DNA of 64,000 nucleotides from an uncultured bacterium (GTDB lineage Bacteria; Verrucomicrobiota; Verrucomicrobiia; Limisphaerales; UBA8199): NCBI GenBank assembly GCA_963749495.1, contig CAVVMW010000008.1, positions 298,830 to 362,829 of the forward strand, read 5' to 3'. Shown piece by piece: positions 21,310 to 32,300 of this stretch (position 1 is its first letter; each line of letters starts with the position of its first letter). The notes under the pieces were generated by a model. It saw only the letters and a program-made list of their open reading frames with translations, ran no database searches and was not told where the DNA came from. The position numbers and the translations under genes were made by a program.

Positions 21310-22810
21310 ATGAAACCGAAGACATACCCTATGAAACACCACCTCACTTTGCTGTTTGTGTCCTTGACCATTTTGACCGCCGCGGCTGGCAACTGGCCCT
21401 CTTGGCGAGGCCCGGCCATGACGGGCGTTGCCTCGGAACAAGACCTTCCGCAGCGGTGGAGCAAAACCGAGAACGTTCGCTGGCGCATAGAGTTGCCCGG
21501 TCCCGGGAATTCGTCACCGATAGTTTGGGGCAACCGTGTGTTTGTGAGCCAGGCCGTGCAGAAGGAGAACCGGCGGACCCTCATGTGCTTTGACCGCGCG
21601 ACCGGCAAGCGCCTCTGGCAGTCCGGTGTCACCTACGCCGACCCCGAGCCGACATCGGAGAACAATCCCTACTGTTCCGGTTCACCGGCGACCGACGGCG
21701 AACGGGTGTACGTGTGCTTCGGATCGGCGGGCGTCTATGCCTACGACTTCGATGGCAAAGAGACCTGGCAGCGGAACCTCGGCAAGCTGAACAACGGGTT
21801 CGGGAGCGCCGTGTCGCCCATCATCGCAGGCGACCTCTGTATCCTTAGCTTCGGTCCGGACGCCAAAGCGCGCCTGATCGCTTTGAACAAGAAGACTGGC
21901 GAAACCGCGTGGGAGGTCGAGCCGCCAAAGCCAGACGAGATCGAGCTTCAGGCCAGCGGTCCGGGGGGACCGGGCGGACCCGGTGGTGGACCTGGCGGTC
22001 CGGGACGTGGTCCGGGCGATTGCGGAGGTTTCGGGCCGGGTGGTCCTGAGGGACCCGCCGATGGGCGCGGTCCCGGCGGTGGCGGTCCTGGCGGTCCTGG
22101 CGGCGGTGGTCCTGGTGGTGGTGGTCCTGGCGGTCCCGGTGGCCGAGGTCCTGGTGGTCCTGGCGGCGTTGACCCGGCAAGGGGCTCGATCCTGGAGCAC
22201 GCCTATCGTTATCAACGCGGGGGGCCGCGAGGAAGTGGTGCTCAGCACGGCGTGCCGCCTCACCGCCTACGATCCGGCCAGTGGCAAACAGCTCTGGATG
22301 AGCAAGGGCCTCGGTGCCAGCATTTACACCTCGCCTGTATGGGGCGAAGGGGTGGTCTTCGCGATGGCCGGCGGCCCGGGTGGGGGACCAGCCATCGCGG
22401 TGAAGCCCGGCGGGAGCGGGGACGTGACCGAGAGCCACCGCGTCTGGAGACTCGCACGCAACAAGAGCGCAATCGGCTCCGGAGTCATTCACGACGGCCA
22501 CCTGTACAACATCAGCCAGGAGGGCATCGCCCAGTGCCTGGACCTGAAGACCGGCAAAACGATCTGGGAAGAACGGCTCCGAGGCTCGGGGGCGCGAGGC
22601 AGTTCGTGGTCATCGATGCTCCTGGCAGACGGGAAAATCTATGTGCCGAACCAATCCGGCGACGTCTTCGTCCTGCGCGCGGCGCCGAAGTTCGAGGTGA
22701 TCGCGACCAATTCTGTCGGCGAGCCGACTAATGCCTCGCTCGCCGCGTCGAACGGGGAGCTCTTCCTGCGCACCGACCGAAGCCTCTGGTGCTTCGGGAA
22801 CCAGAACTAA
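21310..22810 (+). CDS. PQQ-like beta-propeller protein (BamB-like PVC family) with Gly/Pro insert; frameshift at ~22180
   Basis: NWPSWRGP, GNSSPIVWGNRVF, WSTP, TNASLAASNGELFLRT. Confidence 0.85.
21958..22167 (+). repeat. Coding low-complexity GGPG repeat
   Basis: Many GGTCC(T/G/C)GG(C/T) units encoding GPGG. Confidence 0.85.
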
Positions 22811-23461
22811 TTCGCTTGATCTGGTGAACGCACCCGATTTCCAAATATTAACTGGCGTGGCGATCCCAACGAGCCACGCTTTGGCCGGCAACATCGCCGT
22901 AGGAATGAGATCTGACGAAAATCCGACAGCGGTTCCGGTGCAGAAGCTGGATGGGGATGTTGCCGCCTCGCGTCAACAGGGATGTCGCTCACGGCGTTCG
23001 CAATCGCGGACGCCCAAAGAACTTCCGCTGTGCGCCACATCGGCAACGGCCACTCTCCGTCCCTGGCCAGGTCGCCCGCTGCCGGACGAAATGCGGCCTC
23101 GGAAGGTGGGCCGCTTGGCCGAAGCGTTTGCCGAAGGCGTGCGGGACGCTGAGTTTGAACGCCTGGTTCACCGCATTGACCGGCGCCTTAGGCCTTAGGC
23201 CTTGCCTATAGGCGCAGATTCTTCTTGACTGGCGGCGATGTTATGTAGTAAACCCTGGGCAGTCTCCGAACGGTTCTGCTTGCACTCCGCGTTCTGTGAA
23301 CGCGCGCAGACCTGCGGAGGCTCGAGGAAGCGTCGGGTATGGCAATGCCTTGAGTGCGGGCCAGGCCGGGCAGAATCGTCTCTTGGCACGGGAGCGCATT
23401 AAGGCGCCGGCTGGCCCAAGGCAGTTGTTCGTGGCTGCAAATCCTAAACTGCAACGGTCAA

Positions 23462-25423
23462 TTGCGCGCTACACGCCTCAGTTTTCTGGTCGTTTGGCTG
23501 GTTTCCGCAGCGCTGCCGGGCGCCGCACAGGTCCCGGGGATCATCAATTACCAGGGCAAGTTCCTGGTCAGCGGCACCAATTACAGCGGAACCTGCCAGT
23601 TCAAATTCGCCCTCGTCAACGGGGCAGGCGACACAACCTACTGGAGCCACAACGGCACCAGTGTCGGCGGCGGCGAACCGAGCGGGAGCGCCATTGCCCT
23701 GGGGGTCAGCGGCGGCCTCTTTTCGGTAAACCTTGGCGACTCGGCGGTGCCGAACATGACCTCGCCGATTCCCCTGAGCATTTTCGCCAATAGCCAGGTG
23801 TGGCTCCGGGTCTGGGTGTACGACCCGGTCAAAGGAAGCCAAAAGCTCAGCCCGGACCAGCGCCTCACGGCGGTGGGATATGCGATGGTTGCAGGGACTG
23901 CGCTCGGGCCCGTGGCTGACAGCCAGCTCTCGGCCAATGTCGCGCGCCTCAACGCCACCCAGACCTTCAGCGGCGCCAACACCTTCTCCAATGTCTCGGT
24001 TCGAGGGGCTTTATCGGTGTTTGGAGGGCCAGCGAGACTCGACCTTGTTGATGGAGCACAAACTTGGCGAGTTCAAGATGACGCAGGCGACTTCTATGTA
24101 AGTGACTTAACAAGGGGAAAACACATGATCCACGCTGCTCCGGGGGGCACTGAGGTGGATTTCCCGAATGGGGTGATTGCCGGCAACGGGGCGGGGCTGA
24201 CCAATCTCAACGCGGCGAATATCGCGGGCACGTTGCCTGGCGGGCTGATCGAGGCCTCGCTGCCCTCGGGGATGATGGTCGCTTCGATGTCCAGCCAGGA
24301 CCCGGTTCTGCTGTCCAAGGGCTATCAGCGCGCCATGAGCGTGGCGGCGCCGCCCTGGGTGGACGGGTCGGCCACGGATGCCCCCTCGGCCCGGACGGGG
24401 CACAGTGCTGTTTGGGATGGCCAGGAGTTGATCGTCTGGGGGGGCAATGTGTCCGCCGGCTACGTCGTTGTGAATACCGGCGCGATGTACCGTCCGGACC
24501 TCGACACCTGGACAGCGATGTCGCTCTTTGGGGCGCCCTCGCCGCGCAGCGGGCACACGGCCGTGTGGAGCGGGGTGGAGATGCTCGTGTGGGGCGGCAA
24601 CGGCACCAACGCCTTTCTCAATACGGGCGCCCGCTTCCAACCGGCAACGCAGGTATGGACCGTCATTGCCACAAACTCAGCCCCGGCGGTCCGAAGCGGG
24701 CACTTGGCCGCCTGGACCGGCAGTCGAATGGTCATCTGGGGTGGCCGCAACAACAATGGGTTGCTGGGTGACGGGGCGGTCTATGACCCGGCGGCGGGCG
24801 CATGGAGCGCGCTCAACCTGGCAAACGCGCCTGAGGCGCGCTCCGGGGCCGGGGGGGTGTGGGCCGGGGACCGGTTGCTGGTGTGGGGTGGCGAGGGGAC
24901 CAATGGTGTGTTGGGCAGCGGGTCGCAGTTGCTGTGTGCGGCCAACGGCACGCCGCTCCAATGGACACCAATGAGCCAGAGCGGCGCGCCCGCCGCGCGG
25001 CGCTTGCACTCGGCAGTGTGGACGGGCCGGCAGTTGCTGGTCTGGGGTGGTCAGAGTGGCGGGACGGTGCTCGGGGATGGCGCCGCCTACGATCCGGCGG
25101 CGGACTCCTGGCAGATGCTCTCCGCAACCAACGCCCCGGCTGCCCGATACAATCACGCCGCCATTTGGACCGGCCAGGAAATGCTCATCCTGGGCGGGAG
25201 CGCGGGCTCGAGTGAACTGGCGTCGGGCGCGGCTTACGATCCTGTGGGGCGCCAGTGGCGGTCCTTGTCCAACGCAGGAAATCCCCAGGCCCGCAGCGGC
25301 GCCACCGCCGTGTGGAGCGGCACAGAGGCCCTGTTCTTCGGGGGGCAGGCAGCGGCGACCCCGCTGGCCTGGCTCCAGCGCCTCGATCCGCAACCAGCCT
25401 GGTACCTTTACCGCAAACCATGA
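23462..25423 (+). CDS. Secreted fibre-like adhesin with C-terminal Kelch propeller
   Basis: Signal peptide, INYQG..GLFSVNLG..QRLTAVGYA N-domain, GNGAGLTNLNA, six APxxRxxHxAVWxGxxxxxWGG Kelch-like repeats; start TTG 23462 inferred. Confidence 0.85.
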   Translation: MRATRLSFLVVWLVSAALPGAAQVPGIINYQGKFLVSGTNYSGTCQFKFALVNGAGDTTYWSHNGTSVGGGEPSGSAIALGVSGGLFSVNLGDSAVPNMTSPIPLSIFANSQVWLRVWVYDPVKGSQKLSPDQRLTAVGYAMVAGTALGPVADSQLSANVARLNATQTFSGANTFSNVSVRGALSVFGGPARLDLVDGAQTWRVQDDAGDFYVSDLTRGKHMIHAAPGGTEVDFPNGVIAGNGAGLTNLNAANIAGTLPGGLIEASLPSGMMVASMSSQDPVLLSKGYQRAMSVAAPPWVDGSATDAPSARTGHSAVWDGQELIVWGGNVSAGYVVVNTGAMYRPDLDTWTAMSLFGAPSPRSGHTAVWSGVEMLVWGGNGTNAFLNTGARFQPATQVWTVIATNSAPAVRSGHLAAWTGSRMVIWGGRNNNGLLGDGAVYDPAAGAWSALNLANAPEARSGAGGVWAGDRLLVWGGEGTNGVLGSGSQLLCAANGTPLQWTPMSQSGAPAARRLHSAVWTGRQLLVWGGQSGGTVLGDGAAYDPAADSWQMLSATNAPAARYNHAAIWTGQEMLILGGSAGSSELASGAAYDPVGRQWRSLSNAGNPQARSGATAVWSGTEALFFGGQAAATPLAWLQRLDPQPAWYLYRKP

Positions 25424-27387
25424 AAACCAGAATGTCAGATTGCCTGTGGGCGCATCTCGGCAATACCACCGTGGGGCAGACCTCCGGTCTGCCGGTTAAC
25501 GCCTCCTCTGGAGGCGTGTCTATTTTGGCAGGCGGCGCGCCAGGCCACTCCGGACCCACGGGGCCAGAGGCCCCGCTGACCGGCAGACCGGAGGTCTGCC
25601 CCACAGGGTCCGCCGGCGGGCGGACGGCGCTCCTCCTGGCGGCGGTGCTGGCCCTGTCGCTGCCCGCAGCGGCGCAGTGGCAAACCCAGACCAACATTCT
25701 CAAGCCCGGCTGGACGGCAGTCTATCTGCACGTGGACGGTTCCTACACGAACCTGGATTACCTGGTGGGCGGCAACGCATCGAATCCCATCTCCCAGATC
25801 TGGCTCTGGCAACCCCCGTCGAGCGTGCAATTCGTCACGGTGCCCCAGGCGCCGGTCGTCGCCAACAGCCAATGGGCCTGCTGGGGCCGCGTTGGGGTGG
25901 GCCTTCCGAACACCCTGCGCGCCCTGGCGCCCGACGCGGCTTACCTGGTGTATTCGCTGGCCAGCACCAATTACTCGTGGAAAGTCAAGGGCCGGCCAGT
26001 GGCGCCCAATTACACATGGTCCGCGACCGGCCTCAATTTCCTCGGGTTCCCCACCCCGGCGGCAAACCCGCCGATGTTTGACAGCTTTGTGTCGTTGGCC
26101 CCGGTGCTGCAAAGCAGCGCGGCCGACTTTTATCAGTACCTGGGCGGGGACCTCTCGAGCAACAATCCCGCCAAGATCTTCAATCTGCACAACACCCCGG
26201 TGACCCGAGGCCAGGCCCTGTGGATGCGCAGCGGGACGGCGGTCAACAACTATTTCGGCCCGTTCTCGCTGGACTTGCAGGGCGCGGCGGTGGACTTTGC
26301 CGATTCGCTCGGCCAATACAGCGTGCGTCTGCGCAACGTCACCGCAACCAATGTGACGGTGAGCGTACGGTTGCTGGCCTCTGAGACGCCGCCCGCAGGC
26401 CAGACCAATATCCTGGGCCCTCCGCCCTTGCTGCTGCGCGGCGCCATGAACATGACCAACCTCACTTACAGCTATGCCAGCCTGGGCGTGGGCGCCACGC
26501 AAAGCTGGGTGCTGCCGCCGACGGGACAGCCCGGCTCCGACCTCCAGGTCGTCTTGGGCCTGAACCGCTACGCCATGCCGGGCGCGCCGGGCGCGCTTTA
26601 CGCGGGCATCCTGCAATTCAGTGATTCCTTTGGGTTTTCCGAACTGGACGTGGCGGTCTCGGCGCGCACTGCCTCGACCGCGGGGCTCTGGGTGGGCGAG
26701 GCCCAAGTCTCCCAGGTGGCCAATTACCTCAAGATTTACCAGCGCGACCAGAACAACCAACCGGTGGTTTCGTCCAACGGCGCTTACGTCGTCAGCGGGA
26801 TCAACACCAATTTGGGCGCGGTGGCCCGCCCCTACCCGCTCCTGCTGATCGTCCATTACGACGGCACCAATGCCTTCTTGCTCCAGCGGGTCTATTACGG
26901 GCTGGACGCTTACAGCAACGTGGTGGTGGCGGCCAACGAAGGGGCGCTGGCGCCGCAGCACCTGGACACCGCCCGGCGCATCAGCGCCGCGCACCTGCCC
27001 TACTTCGTCCCCAACACACCTTGGCCTTTGCAGGGGCGGTTCGCACAGGGCACCAATCTGACTGCCACCATCGGCCTGGCTTACAATGACCAGGCCTCCA
27101 ATCCCTTCCTGCACACCTATCACCCGGACCATGACAACCTGGACGCGCTGTTTGCCACCGAGTTGCCCCGAGGCTCGGAGTCCTACGGCATTGCGCGCCA
27201 GATTAGCCTCTACTTCAGCCCGCCCGGCGACGATTTCACCAGCATCACCAGCGCCGGGCTGGTGTCCGGCTCCTACCTGGAGAGCATCGCCGTGCTGGGC
27301 CTGGGCGCCGCCCAGCGTACCTTCAATGTCAGCGGCGCCTTCGCCCTGAACCGTCTCACCGACATCTCTACATTGACCCGCCCATGA
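25420..27387 (+). CDS. Secreted hypothetical protein of the fibre/TcA-like operon
   Basis: ATGA overlap with the upstream gene, signal peptide, LKPGWTAVYLHV and SNPFLHTYHPDHDNLD motifs. Confidence 0.85.
   Translation: MKTRMSDCLWAHLGNTTVGQTSGLPVNASSGGVSILAGGAPGHSGPTGPEAPLTGRPEVCPTGSAGGRTALLLAAVLALSLPAAAQWQTQTNILKPGWTAVYLHVDGSYTNLDYLVGGNASNPISQIWLWQPPSSVQFVTVPQAPVVANSQWACWGRVGVGLPNTLRALAPDAAYLVYSLASTNYSWKVKGRPVAPNYTWSATGLNFLGFPTPAANPPMFDSFVSLAPVLQSSAADFYQYLGGDLSSNNPAKIFNLHNTPVTRGQALWMRSGTAVNNYFGPFSLDLQGAAVDFADSLGQYSVRLRNVTATNVTVSVRLLASETPPAGQTNILGPPPLLLRGAMNMTNLTYSYASLGVGATQSWVLPPTGQPGSDLQVVLGLNRYAMPGAPGALYAGILQFSDSFGFSELDVAVSARTASTAGLWVGEAQVSQVANYLKIYQRDQNNQPVVSSNGAYVVSGINTNLGAVARPYPLLLIVHYDGTNAFLLQRVYYGLDAYSNVVVAANEGALAPQHLDTARRISAAHLPYFVPNTPWPLQGRFAQGTNLTATIGLAYNDQASNPFLHTYHPDHDNLDALFATELPRGSESYGIARQISLYFSPPGDDFTSITSAGLVSGSYLESIAVLGLGAAQRTFNVSGAFALNRLTDISTLTRP
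25471..25604. repeat. Palindromic element inside the coding 5' region
   Basis: Perfect 26-bp inverted repeat 25471-25496 / 25579-25604. Confidence 0.85.
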
Positions 27388-27456
27388 GCGCCTCAAGCGC
27401 AGCCGCGATTTAATCAATTGCCACTTCAACACTCATATAGAAACCAGGAACCGAAC

Positions 27457-29172
27457 ATGAAAACCGCCAACTATTCGACCGTGCGCCGCCTCGTTCTCAC
27501 ACTCCTGTTGGTGTGGGGCGCCAGCCCGTTTGCCGCGCGCGCACAGACCTTCACGCCGCCCGGCCAGATCAGTTTCCAGGGCTTCGTGACCGACGCCAAC
27601 GGCTTCCCGCTGGCAACCAACCAGCCCAAGAACTACGACGTGATCTTCAAGATCTGGCCCGCGTCTTCCGGCGGCACGACGGCCCTGTGGGGCGAGGTGC
27701 AAACCGTGGTGGTGGACCGCGGCTACTTCAGCGTCATGCTGGGGCAGGGCGCGGCCCTGGCCTCCGGCGAGACGTGGACCAATAACCTGGCCAGCCTTTT
27801 TGTGGGGCCGAATGCCTCCGACCGCTACGTCGGCATAACCGTCAAAGGAATCTCGACCCCGGATGCCGAGATCCAGCCCCGGCTGCGGCTGCTGGCCTCC
27901 CCGTATGCCTTCCTGGCCGCCAGCGCCAACGCCGTGGTCAACAACGCCGGCCTGACCTTGATCTCCGGCGCGTCCGGCAGCCCCGTTTTCAACATGACCA
28001 ACGCGACATTCAACGGAGCGCCCGCGTTCAACAACGGCTTTAGCGTGGCCAACGGCGCCATCGTGTCGGGCAATCCGAATTACACCGGCAGTCCGACCTT
28101 CAGCGGCAGTCCGACCTTCAGCAGCAATCCGACCTTCAGCGGCAATCCGTGGTTCACCGGCAGCATGTATGGCAATCCGAACGTTTACGGCATTCCGACA
28201 TTCAAGAACGGCTTTGTGGTTGCCAACGGCGCTGTTGTGAGCGGCAGTATGATCTTTGGCGGCAGTCCGATCTTCGCCAACTACCCGGTCTTCAACGGCA
28301 TGGCCACCTTCGCCAGCGGCATCTCGCTGACCGCAGGCAGCCTCTGGCTCAATGACCATCCCATCTACCTCCGGGGGGACGGCAACCACGGGTTGGAGTA
28401 TGGTTGGAATGACTGGTGGAACACCGACGGCGCGGTGCTCTTCGGCTACAGCGGGGGCGCCCTGGGCGCCAACCAATACGGCACCCGCTCGCTCGCCTTG
28501 GCCTGGGACGCCAACAGCGTCGTGGCCACCGACCCGCTCGGGCTCAACAACGGCACCGTGACCCCCGGGTTGGTTTTTGGCGGGACGGGCAGCGGCGAGG
28601 GCATTTCCTCCAAGCGCACCACCGGCGGCAATCTCTACGGCTTGGACTTTTACACCGATTTTGGCCCGAAGATGAGCATTGCGTGGGGCGGCAACGTGGG
28701 CATCGGGACCACCGCCCCGGGCGCCAAGCTCCATGTCATCGGCAACATCTATGCCACGTCAACCATCACGCCCAACTCGGACCGGAACGCCAAGACCGAT
28801 TTTGCCCCCGTGGATAGCGGCGCCATTCTCGAGGAGGTCAGCAAACTGCCCATCGAGCAATGGCGCTTCAGGGTGGAAGAGCCCGGGATCAAGCACCTGG
28901 GCCCGATGGCCCAGGATTTCCGGGCCGCTTTTGGGCTGGGAGACATCCCGACCGCCATTGCGACCGTGGATGCCGACGGCGTGGCGCTAGCGGCCATCCA
29001 GGGCTTGAACCAGAAGGTGGAAGACCGCTCGGCGCGCCTGGAACAGCAACTGCGCGCCAGGGAGGCCGAGATTCTGGCCTTGCGCGCGGCCAACGACGCC
29101 CTCGAAAAACGGCTCCAGGCGCTGGAAAAGGCCATCAAGACTCCCACGACCCAAACCGGAACCGGTCGATGA
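27457..29172 (+). CDS. Secreted tail-fibre-like protein with C-terminal peptidase S74 intramolecular chaperone
   Basis: Signal peptide; ISFQG..GYFSVMLG..PRLRLLASPYA; GNVGIGTTAP..KLHV; SDRNAK..HLGPMAQDF..GVALAAIQGL plus coiled coil. Confidence 0.9.
   Translation: MKTANYSTVRRLVLTLLLVWGASPFAARAQTFTPPGQISFQGFVTDANGFPLATNQPKNYDVIFKIWPASSGGTTALWGEVQTVVVDRGYFSVMLGQGAALASGETWTNNLASLFVGPNASDRYVGITVKGISTPDAEIQPRLRLLASPYAFLAASANAVVNNAGLTLISGASGSPVFNMTNATFNGAPAFNNGFSVANGAIVSGNPNYTGSPTFSGSPTFSSNPTFSGNPWFTGSMYGNPNVYGIPTFKNGFVVANGAVVSGSMIFGGSPIFANYPVFNGMATFASGISLTAGSLWLNDHPIYLRGDGNHGLEYGWNDWWNTDGAVLFGYSGGALGANQYGTRSLALAWDANSVVATDPLGLNNGTVTPGLVFGGTGSGEGISSKRTTGGNLYGLDFYTDFGPKMSIAWGGNVGIGTTAPGAKLHVIGNIYATSTITPNSDRNAKTDFAPVDSGAILEEVSKLPIEQWRFRVEEPGIKHLGPMAQDFRAAFGLGDIPTAIATVDADGVALAAIQGLNQKVEDRSARLEQQLRAREAEILALRAANDALEKRLQALEKAIKTPTTQTGTGR
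28068..28300 (+). repeat. 18-bp / hexapeptide coding repeats (GxPxFx)
   Basis: GNPNYT GSPTFS GSPTFS SNPTFS GNPWFT ... GIPTFK. Confidence 0.8.
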
Positions 29173-29302
29173 CAAGGCGGCTGGGCCGGCCGCCCGGGGC
29201 GGCGCCAGACGCCGCCCGGTCCCTTGCCCGTTCTAACTTGGCCCCAGGTTGCGATGAATTTTTATGAATGCACCTTTGGAAAACCCGCTTTCGAGGAGAA
29301 GG

Positions 29303-32300
29303 ATGAGCGCGCGCTATTGGGCTGCGGGCCTGGCCTTGGCCCTGGCTGGCCTCTGCCATGAGGCCGCCGCACAGACGGCGCCGCTCCAATTGGCCCAACC
29401 CGCCATGCTGGTCGACACCGACTTCCAGCTTGGCCTCGATTGGCAGTCCAAGCGCGGCGTTCCCTTGTCGAGCACTGCCGGCAACGGCTCGGACGGGCGC
29501 TACGCGTTCACCAACGGCCCGTCGCTGCTGCCCAATACACCCTACCAATTCCAGTCCTGTGTGACTGTTGCCTCGGTCCCCGTGCAGGGGAGCACAAACC
29601 TCGTCCCCAGCGCCGGCTTCGCCTCCAACGTGGTCAGCCTCAGGTGGCCCCACAGCACCACCGATGGCAACCCCAACAGCCCGGTGGCCCTCATCCTGCG
29701 CTCCGCCCAAATCGGCGCGCCCTATTTTGGCCAGCAGGTCTCGTTCTACTTCGGCCAGGTGATTCCGGTGCCCAGCACCGATGAGAACGGCCTGTCGCTG
29801 CCGCTGGGCAGCGCCCAGAATTACTGGTTCCCCATGCCCTTCACCACCAACAACTACGCCACTGCCCCCTACTACTGGAGCCGCAATGCCCAGGCCGTCT
29901 TTGCTACGCAGCCCGGCGTCATTAGCATCACCTGGCAAAAGGCGACGCCAACCAGTACGGCCCCTCCCGATTACGCCGGCAATCCCGCCAACTACTACAT
30001 CCAGGCCGGCTACTATTATCGCCTCTACACCCTGCGCTACCTGGTTTCCGGCACTCCCATCCAGCCGCCGCAAAAGATGTATTGGACCGAAGGCTCGTTC
30101 GGCAGCCTGGGCAAACCGGTCGATGTCCCCACCGCCCGCGTCAGCGCCGTCAACGTGGTCTATAACAACGCCTTCCCAGCCACTGCCGCGCCCTACCAGG
30201 ATCCGAACGCCGTGCCGCCGACCAACCCGACCAATATGTTCCAGGAAACCCGCACGCTCTGGTTCGACAGCACGCGCAACCAGATCCTCGCCTACAACGT
30301 CGAGGGGCGGGTCTTCGTCGAGTTGTTGGGGGAACTAAACCCGGACAACGTCACGCGCCGCTACCTGGGCTGCGAGATCGTCGATGTCTTCAAACAGCCG
30401 GTGCCGCAGGATGTGACCATCGACCTCGGCGAAAAGGTCACCGCCTACCAGGATGGCCGGGACGACTCGGCGCTTTATCCCTGGCCCGTGGACCAGGTCA
30501 ACAGCGCTATCTTCTTTTACCAGCAATACGCCGCCAATGGCGGCAACCGCATGACTTATTGGGCGGGCCGCGAGACGGTCAATCTCAACGATTTCCAGGC
30601 CCATTGGCTCATCGAAGGCGTCGCCGGGCTGCGCTGGCCGTATCTGTTCGACCGCTACCACCTGGTCTGGCCCAACGATGTGACCCGATACAGCCAGTAT
30701 GTGCGGCCGTTGGTCCCCACCGAAGTCGAAGCGAAGCTGACGGCGGTGCCGTTGCCGACCCAGAATGCGCCGTTCATTCAATACCAGGACCCGCTGGACC
30801 AGGTCCGCGGCAAGCTGACCGACACCTTCGCCTATTACACCTGGCTGGTCCCGGCCTACCCGGCCCACCGCGGCCTGTTGCGGTTCACCAGCGGCGATGC
30901 GGTCTGGTTCGAGCGCGTGTTCTCCTGGCTCGATGCGGGCCTGAAAACCAATGCCCTGTTCGCCAACACCATCGCCACCAATCTCACCACCTGGAACACC
31001 AACAACGGGACGTTCAACTTCGGGGCGAACAACTTCCTGGCCCCGCGGGTCCTCAACGCGACCGTCAACGTCGGCGACCGCATCTCACCGCCCGCGGACG
31101 AGACGTGGTCCGGCACCAACTACTGGGCGGGCTACATCCTGCAAACCAACGGCAATTCCTTCGACATCAACGCCTACCAGGACCCCTTCGTGGTCGGGTT
31201 CACCCAGGCCAATCTCACCGCCATCATCCCCGTCAATGCCATCCCCGGGCACAACCTCCTCGAAATCTGGTGGTTCCGCGGCAACCAGGCCGATGGCTCG
31301 CTTGGCTTTGTCCGCAACTATTGGCCTGCGATCATCGGGCGCTATACACTGCAATGGCCTGTCAATGGGGACGAGATTATCCTGGCGCGCAACGACGGGA
31401 GCGGGCCGCTCGACAACCTGCAGGCCCAAGGCCGCATTTACACCCAGAACGACCCCACCCTGGCCGGCTACAACCCCAACGAGGAGCACGCGATCATGAT
31501 CGGCGGCCAGGCCTGGGCGCTGCGCGACGACCTCAATATCACCAACGCCCTAGGCTATTCCTCCGCTCCGTTCGTCTTGCTCGAGTATGTCAAGGGCGAC
31601 GGGCGCCCGGCCATGCACGCCTTCAAGGTGCGCCGTGAAAAACCCGAGGCGGGCATCCTCTTCGATTACGTCGCCGAGGCGGGCGCCGGGGTGCTCCAGG
31701 CCCCGATGCCATTGCCCGTGATGGAGCCGCCGGTCGAGGGCATCGGCATCAACGTGGTCAACTACAACGCCGAGCCGCCGGGCAACTCCCTCGACCTGCC
31801 GGGCGGGTGGAATAGTGGGTCCGCGCAGGGACCGTATTCCCACTATCAGCGCTTCACCTTCGAGGATCGCAAGCACGACTTCCACGTCTATCGCGGCCTG
31901 CACGCGGGGTTGCCGCTGCTCAGGGCCGGCCAGTACGTGCCCGCCAGCGATAGCTTCGGACAGTTGCCAGCCGCCCTCGCCCTGGTCGGCTCGCCCTACG
32001 CGTATTACATCCAGGCCTCCAGGCGCCAGGAAACGCTCACTATGGGGATTACCCCCGACTTGCCGGGCGGGTTGTCGCTGGCGCAAACCAACGGCCTCTG
32101 GGCTATCCTCGGCGTGCCCACGGCCACAGGCTCGAATCTCTTCACCATCCGCATCCAGGACGCCGGCAACCTTTCCACCGCGACCAACACGCTCTCCCTC
32201 GCCGTGGCGACGAACGGGACGCCCTCCGCGCTGGGCCTGCTGGCTATCACCAGCACCAATCAATATTCCGGCGCGATGAACACGTTTACCAGCCGCCCGC

